Both the position numbers and the translations under genes were made by a program. 64,000 nt of DNA. It comes from Hydrolagus affinis. Lineage: Eukaryota. Below are positions 59,101 through 64,000 of this stretch, piece by piece. Position 1 is the first letter of the stretch; each line of letters starts with the position of its first letter. The notes beneath the pieces are model-generated. The model saw nothing but the letters and a program-made list of their open reading frames with translations. It had not been told where the DNA came from and ran no database searches. The stretch spans positions 1-64,000 of the forward strand of contig JAAILG010001531.1 in assembly GCA_012026655.1 (NCBI GenBank), written 5' to 3'.

Positions 59101-62100
59101 CGGGGAAACGCTAGTATCAGGGTACAAAAATAGATAGTCCTATAAAACTGAAATATCTGTGCTAGAGACTGAGGTTGTTGTTTTGCAGCAAATTACTTGC
59201 CATTTTGGGAGACAGCACTGCGTTGCTTGGGACATTTGGCAGAGAAGTTGATTGATGAGTTGATTGATGGGAGAGATTAGTGTATATATTTTTTAAAAAC
59301 CTGATGATCAGCCAGATTGATTATAATGGTTTTCGCTGGTCCCATACATAACCTTTAGTTCTTTTTCCACAAGTGCAAAATGTACCCGTGAGCATAGAAA
59401 TATAGGTTATGCGTCCAGCATTTAATAATGATTTTTAATGAAGGTATATGTAGGACCATGGAGATGCATGATTTAATAAATGCAATAACTCTAAAAATCA
59501 ACTCTTTCAAAAATGACCGGTCATACAATCATCCAAAAGCTCTAGGCTTTTTTCCTTGAATTGTTCTTAAGTTTTTTTGGGGGAGCAAAATTGAGATGCA
59601 TCTAAAAGCTGCACGTTTTTTGTCCCTATTCCCGGGGGAAACTCCTTGTACCTTGTGCTTTGAAAACAGTCCAGGCTATTCAGTGGGGAAGTGGTTAATA
59701 TTCAGCCTGGGATTACTTCAGACCAGTAACATAATATCCAGTCTAACTGCCAAGGTTTCCAGATGGGACCTATTTCTGTGCCGACTCCAAATGGTTGGAG
59801 AGGTGGTGTATGTCTACACACAGTGTCATGCTTCCAGCCATCGAAAACCTGTCACTTGTGTAACAGAAACATCTTAAACTGGGCAGTGATTCTGTTGGCT
59901 GCACCAATGAATAGAACTCTCCATCTGCTCTTCATATGTCCTGTGAACTTTAAATACAGGAACTGCAGGCTCTTCCATAATGATCAAATTGGTGGTATGC
60001 AAGCCAACCCTTTTACTACTGCCAATCATTCCTATCTCATGAACTCACATCTCCTTGAAGAAGTCTTAATAGTGGTGCGTGTGTGTGTATGAAAGGAGAG
60101 TTGCATAGGATAACCAACAACTTGTGATACCATTCCAATGTATTAAAAGAAATGATTATGTATATATATATTTTTAGATAATAGGAGTAGTTATCACAAC
60201 CTTTTGGTCACCCTGTATAAAGCTGAATAGGTTACCACATTTTTATCACGAAACAAAATTGGCTTCTGTTTTATAAAGACAACAAAATTGCTCCCTGCTC
60301 TGCTAAGGACTCGCAGCTGCAGGATTGGTACAGGGACGTGCAGGGAAACCAGCAAACCAGCGACGTCGCTGGACCTGCTCTATGTGCCATTTTGACAGCT
60401 TGCCTGGATGCTGCCTCTATTTTACCACTGGTGCACTGTTGCATTAAATTTTCCCTGCTCCCCTTCTCAAAAGTCTAAATACTCCATTGTTTCAGTCCAG
60501 GTTCATGGATTTCAATAAATGCTAACCCGAGCTCTAAAAATCGCTCCGTAATGTACGTACAAATTGTGTCCTTCTGAATGACTGCCCAGCGAGAGTATTC
60601 AGTTGAACTCAGGGAATCACATGAATATAACGGCAGAACGTTAAAAGTTAGCGTATTAGCAGCACTGGACAAGCCCGAAGCTCCTGAAACCTGATGGGTA
60701 AATTGGACGAATGTGAATGGCCACAGAATGTAGGATTCGATCTCGGTCCATCTGGATCATGAATCAGTTTATGGGTCTAAAATCTTTTCATTGTAGCATA
60801 AAATGCTACAAGGATTAAACCTTCATCTAGTACCCTTTATTAGTGAGTGATTTAATGTTTCATTTGTGCCCCAGAAACCAGGCTCTTGGCAGATGTTTCA
60901 TTAGCAAATATGGGCCACAGCACTGATGCCACAGGATCTTTAACCCAGCACGGCTAAAAGCGAGAATTTAATGTCCCAGGTGACTGATTGCCTCTAGCAT
61001 TGAAGAGTTCTTACTTACTCATGAATACTTCATGTCAGGCTGGCTGAGTTAAAGCATTTAAATTTTCGTTATTGAGGAGTCATGAATTGGGAGCTATTTA
61101 TAAACGTACAGTTTTGTCTGTGCTTTAAAACATTTCTCCCCTACATTAGATTGGATTCTCTGTCAGTGAACCATGAATACCATTGTAGCAGACATTTAAT
61201 AATGGAGTGAATGAATGATTGCACTGTAATCTAATACCAGTGATATATTAAAGAGCCGCGTTTATCTGTTTGAACACTCGTTTCTCACGTCAAACTGAAA
61301 TCCATGTCATTTTACTTTATTGAGTTCTGACGCAACGTTTTGACTGGGTCCTTTCATTAACAGACCTGTCTGTTCTTTCCCTGGGGTGAGAAGTTCCTGG
61401 AGGTAATCAGTAATGCATGGTACCTACCAGGATTCCAAAAACTTGGAATGTTATTGTTTGAATCTGAGAGCATTAGTCCCTTTCAGTTTTCTACTGCCCC
61501 TAATCTGTCTCTTTACTGGTGCCTTATTAGTGATAATTTATTCCCGACAACTGTGTGCAAGTAATTCAAAACTTTTTGCCTTGTTATAGCCAGCTCTGAT
61601 GGTGAGAATATGTTGGGGTCAGCACTGTGGAGTGTGCAGCCTATATGAAGCACGGGCAGCATTGCTTCACGCAGTGCATGCTAAATCCAGCTCTTTTCCC
61701 TCAGAATTTCCCTGTGAGAAACTTTCACGCATCTTTAAAACTATTTCAAACTTTTTTTTCAAATATTCAATTGCGTGTTTTTGTTTTTAAGGTTCTGGAA
61801 GCGAAGCGGATATGTTCCCGTGTATCTGAGACAGACGCCTGTAAGTCGCTTGTATTCATGTGAATGTAAAATGGGGACCGATACTACTACAACAACAACA
61901 ACAACAACAACATTACATTAATAGAGAGCCTTTCACGTCGGGAGGACGTCCCAAGGTGCTGAAATAGTCAGATAGAGTGCCACCATCTGGTAAAGTTAGT
62001 TACTGCGCTCAAAATAAAAGGGATGGGTATTTCTCAGTTGCAAAAGAGGAGAGTAATCACTGGAAAGACTAAAGATGATCATTGAATATAACACTGATTA

Positions 62101-62852
62101 CTGAACAAGTCCTTTACAAACACTCAGAGAATTTTTAACTAAGACAAATAAATAATCTATGCGGTTTCCTCAACTGTACTTCAGGGTACTTACTATGAGA
62201 AGCGTACAGAAAATCACCTCAGCTGCTTTCAACACCTTGACACCCGCCATTCTGTACTCCTGTGTACTTCTTGCGCTGAAGGTTGGCTGCTTTTAATAAA
62301 AGTTTTGTTAATTTCAGAATGATCTGACAGGTGAACACTCTTGCATCATGTTGAAGACACTGAATGAAGACGAGGAGGAACCTGGGCAACAGAACTGGCT
62401 CCATGCCTTCTGGAAAGGTACAGACTCAAAATTAGTTTTTTCAGTAAAATATAATATGTAGCCCATTTGCTGATCCAGGTGTTGGATGCACAACTGAAAT
62501 TAACCAGTTGTGTTTTGCACCTTATTTGTGCTCTTGGTATTTGTGACTAGAAATTATGCTGTTGGTGAGAATAGATGGAAAGTGTCTTCTGATGCCAAGT
62601 GCCATTATATAGGCTTATATGTATTTTATAAGTGAAAGTAAAAAATCAGTGCGTGATAGATAATTGAACGGTGTAGGTTGATTTGTGTGCCTACCTATCT
62701 ATACAATGTGATCACCGATACAATGTGTTCCATGTCTGCAGATTTCAGGAAGCGATTTCTCTGCCTGCTGTCATACCAGTTCAGCAGTTTCCCTCCCCAA
62801 TTGGCGCTGAATATTCTTCAGAATAAAAACATGAAACAGGAACCAAAGCCAC
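47033..62852 (+). CDS. NAT10: RNA cytidine acetyltransferase NAT10 (Kre33/TmcA family), 3'-partial: join(47033..47140,47980..48071,48664..48835,49437..49559,49758..49819,49908..50022,50270..50377,50485..50618,51008..51101,51476..51574,51741..51877,52772..52896,53723..53873,54557..54653,55109..55225,55730..55831,56210..56284,57064..57180,58717..58850,61792..61840,62318..62417,62742..62852); 807 codons in window
   Basis: Open spliced frame. N-terminus [17 protein letters not shown]; [23 protein letters not shown]; Walker A AARGRGKS; Walker [11 protein letters not shown]; [17 protein letters not shown]; GNAT acetyl-CoA motif [18 protein letters not shown]. Confidence 0.97.
47980..48071 (+). CDS. 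NAT10: NAT10 exon 3 ([30 protein letters not shown])
   Basis: AG/GT bounded, 92 nt. Confidence 0.96.
48664..48835 (+). CDS. NAT10: NAT10 exon 4 ([14 protein letters not shown]...[13 protein letters not shown])
   Basis: AG/GT bounded, 172 nt. Confidence 0.96.
49437..49559 (+). CDS. NAT10: NAT10 exon 5 ([21 protein letters not shown]...LYTMTM)
   Basis: AG/GT bounded, 123 nt. Confidence 0.96.
49758..49819 (+). CDS. NAT10: NAT10 exon 6 ([20 protein letters not shown])
   Basis: AG/GT bounded, 62 nt. Confidence 0.96.
49908..50022 (+). CDS. NAT10: NAT10 exon 7 ([16 protein letters not shown]...VPPKSM)
   Basis: AG/GT bounded, 115 nt. Confidence 0.95.
50270..50377 (+). CDS. NAT10: NAT10 exon 8 ([36 protein letters not shown])
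   Basis: AG/GT bounded, 108 nt. Confidence 0.95.
50485..50618 (+). CDS. NAT10: NAT10 exon 9 (Walker A: [13 protein letters not shown])
   Basis: AG/GT bounded, 134 nt. Confidence 0.96.
51008..51101 (+). CDS. NAT10: NAT10 exon 10 ([31 protein letters not shown])
   Basis: AG/GT bounded, 94 nt. Confidence 0.96.
51476..51574 (+). CDS. NAT10: NAT10 exon 11 ([33 protein letters not shown])
   Basis: AG/GT bounded, 99 nt. Confidence 0.96.
51741..51877 (+). CDS. NAT10: NAT10 exon 12 (Walker B: [14 protein letters not shown]...MSSTING)
   Basis: AG/GT bounded, 137 nt. Confidence 0.96.
52334..52633 (-). mobile_element. tRNA-derived SINE, near full length
   Basis: Reverse complement of tail, core and head (ggaatcgaaccc...cactgagctgcagga). 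Confidence 0.88.
52772..52896 (+). CDS. NAT10: NAT10 exon 13 ([20 protein letters not shown]...ARLTT)
   Basis: AG/GT bounded, 125 nt. Confidence 0.95.
53723..53873 (+). CDS. NAT10: NAT10 exon 14 ([24 protein letters not shown]...PETCDL)
   Basis: ggcag| ... |gtatccat (U12-type donor), 151 nt. Confidence 0.95.
53874..54556 (+). other. NAT10: U12-type (minor spliceosome) GT-AG intron of NAT10
   Basis: 5' site GTATCCAT (consensus RTATCCTT); branch site TTCCTTAAC at 54537-54545 with the branch A 12 nt before the intron end; no polypyrimidine tract after it. Confidence 0.85.
54245..54490 (+). mobile_element. two tandem SINE 3' fragments inside the U12 intron
   Basis: gcccacaaat..cagtcaattcactt.acagtatattc segment present twice; (ATT)n tails. 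Confidence 0.8.
54557..54653 (+). CDS. NAT10: NAT10 exon 15 ([32 protein letters not shown])
   Basis: AG/GT bounded, 97 nt. Confidence 0.96.
55109..55225 (+). CDS. NAT10: NAT10 exon 16 ([23 protein letters not shown]...LAVIQ)
   Basis: AG/GT bounded, 117 nt. Confidence 0.96.
55286..55419 (-). mobile_element. SINE 3' fragment
   Basis: aataataatccttgcatttgatatagcgcttttcatgtc...gcagccaactgcgcacagca. Confidence 0.85.
55730..55831 (+). CDS. NAT10: NAT10 exon 17 ([34 protein letters not shown])
   Basis: AG/GT bounded, 102 nt. Confidence 0.96.
56210..56284 (+). CDS. NAT10: NAT10 exon 18 ([25 protein letters not shown])
   Basis: AG/GT bounded, 75 nt. Confidence 0.96.
56758..56958 (-). mobile_element. 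SINE, internally deleted
   Basis: Reverse tail plus ggagtaaggaaacttgcccaaggttttgccctg. Confidence 0.85.
57064..57180 (+). CDS. NAT10: NAT10 exon 19 ([24 protein letters not shown]...VSSE)
   Basis: AG/GT bounded, 117 nt. Confidence 0.95.
57900..58260 (-). mobile_element. LF-SINE-like ancient SINE; other fragments near 860-945 plus 1385-1440, 2490-2530, 3440-3540, 41975-42065 and 63700-63850
   Basis: Shared motifs gtggccattcttcatgtg, gtcggcag.ctatt.ga, cctgtcct..ccc, gctgagatcagctaactcagc match the reverse complement of the LF-SINE consensus as recalled; no search run. Confidence 0.6.
58717..58850 (+). CDS. NAT10: NAT10 exon 20 ([22 protein letters not shown]...[11 protein letters not shown])
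   Basis: AG/GT bounded, 134 nt. Confidence 0.96.
60104..60217. mobile_element. small decayed mariner-like MITE
   Basis: cataggataaccaacaacttgtgatacc resembles the reverse complement of the right end (tacagggtgaccaaaaggttgtgataac). Confidence 0.45.
61792..61840 (+). CDS. NAT10: NAT10 exon 21 ([16 protein letters not shown])
   Basis: AG/GT bounded, 49 nt. Confidence 0.95.
62318..62417 (+). CDS. NAT10: NAT10 exon 22 ([21 protein letters not shown]...WLHAFWK)
   Basis: AG/GT bounded, 100 nt. Confidence 0.95.
62742..62852 (+). CDS. NAT10: NAT10 exon 23 ([37 protein letters not shown])
   Basis: AG/GT bounded, 111 nt; later coding exons are not found in the window. Confidence 0.95.
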
Positions 62853-62989
62853 GTGAGTTCTCATGCCATTTGTTGAATGATTTTTTTTTAAAAAGGCATG
62901 TGTTCATTAGGAAACCTTGTACAATGACTTGGGAATTCAGTCCCGTGTTGGTTATGTAACGTGAACTTCAGCTTATTGTGTTGTAAAAT

Positions 62990-63325
62990 CTAAAAGTGTT
63001 TCATAGTGTTTACTACTGTATTTGTAGGGGAATCTGACAGCCAATTTGTGCACAGCAATGTCCCACAAATAGCCGGGAAATTGTTGGCAAGGACTCTGTG
63101 AGAAACTCCCCTTTCACATAGTGACACAAGTTCGGTAACGTCCACTTGACCAGGCAGATGGTCCCTGAGTTTACTGTTTCTTCCTGAAGATGGTATCTCC
63201 GACAATGCAGTTTTCTTTCAACATTGCACTGAAACATCAGCCTAGACAATGTGCTCCAAGCTCCAAAATAGGACTTGAATCCACAACCCTGTTTGGGAGG
63301 CAAAAGTGCAACTAAACAAGCCATG
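62990..63325 (-). mobile_element. older Deu-domain SINE (SacSINE1/AmnSINE1-like); further fragments near 5310-5480, 20870-21120, 45395-45470 and 47190-47390
   Basis: Minus strand reads ggttgtggattcaagtcc...gagcacattgtctaggctga...cagtgca...ctgcattgtcggag...gtggacgtt...gtgggacattgctgtgcacaaattggctg; family assigned from recalled consensus. Confidence 0.65.
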
Positions 63326-64000
63326 CCTTACTGACACATTTAAACACAATTCCTTTTTTTTGATCTGAAGATGAAACCAAATTTGACCCGAATGGAATGA
63401 TGCCTGTAGGAGGAGAGCCTTTCCCGTGGATATAAAATAAATTTTTTGAGAGTTTATTAAAGTACAACATTGCCGTGTATAATGTACACCAGATGTGGAG
63501 GCTTCAAACCTAAGGCTGGAGATTGGAAAGGAGGAAATTTGTAAGCTGGATCTTAATTAAAGTTGACACCATACCCTTTTGATAGTGAAACAAAGCCACG
63601 CAGTATCTCTGGCTCAGCTGACTCTAAATCTTTTGTTTTTCTAACAAACATATTGCTGCTTTTCTCTTCCCTACTTTCCTTGACTGTCAGACTGAGGCAC
63701 AGTTGTGTTCCATCAGGAGTTTATCCATGTGGCCACATTCCGTATGTGAGCCAAGCAAGTGAGTGTGGGATTTAGTGCAGGTAGTTTGATGGAGGGATGT
63801 AGGGAGGCAGCCAGTCCCACAGCCAGGCCCTGATACCTCGCCTGATGTAGTAACGGAGAGGTGCATTGCAAAATGCAGGAGTGCAAGCTTGTGACTGTCT
63901 ATACTGCAGGAACATCTGGCTTGATCCCACCTTGGTTTAAGTGTAATGCAAGGCAGAGAATGATTATTGGATGTGCGTTGTTGCTTAATTATACCTGCTG

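Noticed and set aside
1-64000. CRISPR arrays, operons or other prokaryotic systems
   Set aside because: Vertebrate intron-exon DNA; no regularly spaced repeat-spacer array seen.

Overview
Vertebrate genomic DNA, not prokaryotic. The repeat content (Deu-domain/L2-tailed tRNA-SINEs, CR1, L2, Penelope-type ends) suggests a cartilaginous fish; this is inference. Two multi-exon genes lie on the + strand in the same order as in human. CAPRIN1 is complete: 18 coding exons, 9348-42605, 705 aa as I splice it. NAT10 is 3'-truncated: candidate non-coding exon 1 ending at 46272, then 22 coding exons 47033-62852 giving 807 codons. Introns carry many SINE, LINE and MITE fragments, several nested, and there is a 100-N assembly gap. 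Almost all of the ORF track is noise. Best leads: (1) up to four alternative CAPRIN1 C-terminal tails, with nearby poly(A) signals; (2) a candidate poison exon in NAT10 made from an antisense LF-SINE-like element; (3) a U12-type intron in NAT10 that holds a copy of another intron's acceptor region; (4) two nested inverted-repeat pairs flanking CAPRIN1 exons 3-7, a circRNA/dsRNA architecture; (5) minimal hammerhead-ribozyme relics in Penelope-like fragments; (6) long intronic hairpins. I found no clearly new protein-coding system. Repeat family names come from recalled consensus motifs, not a database search.
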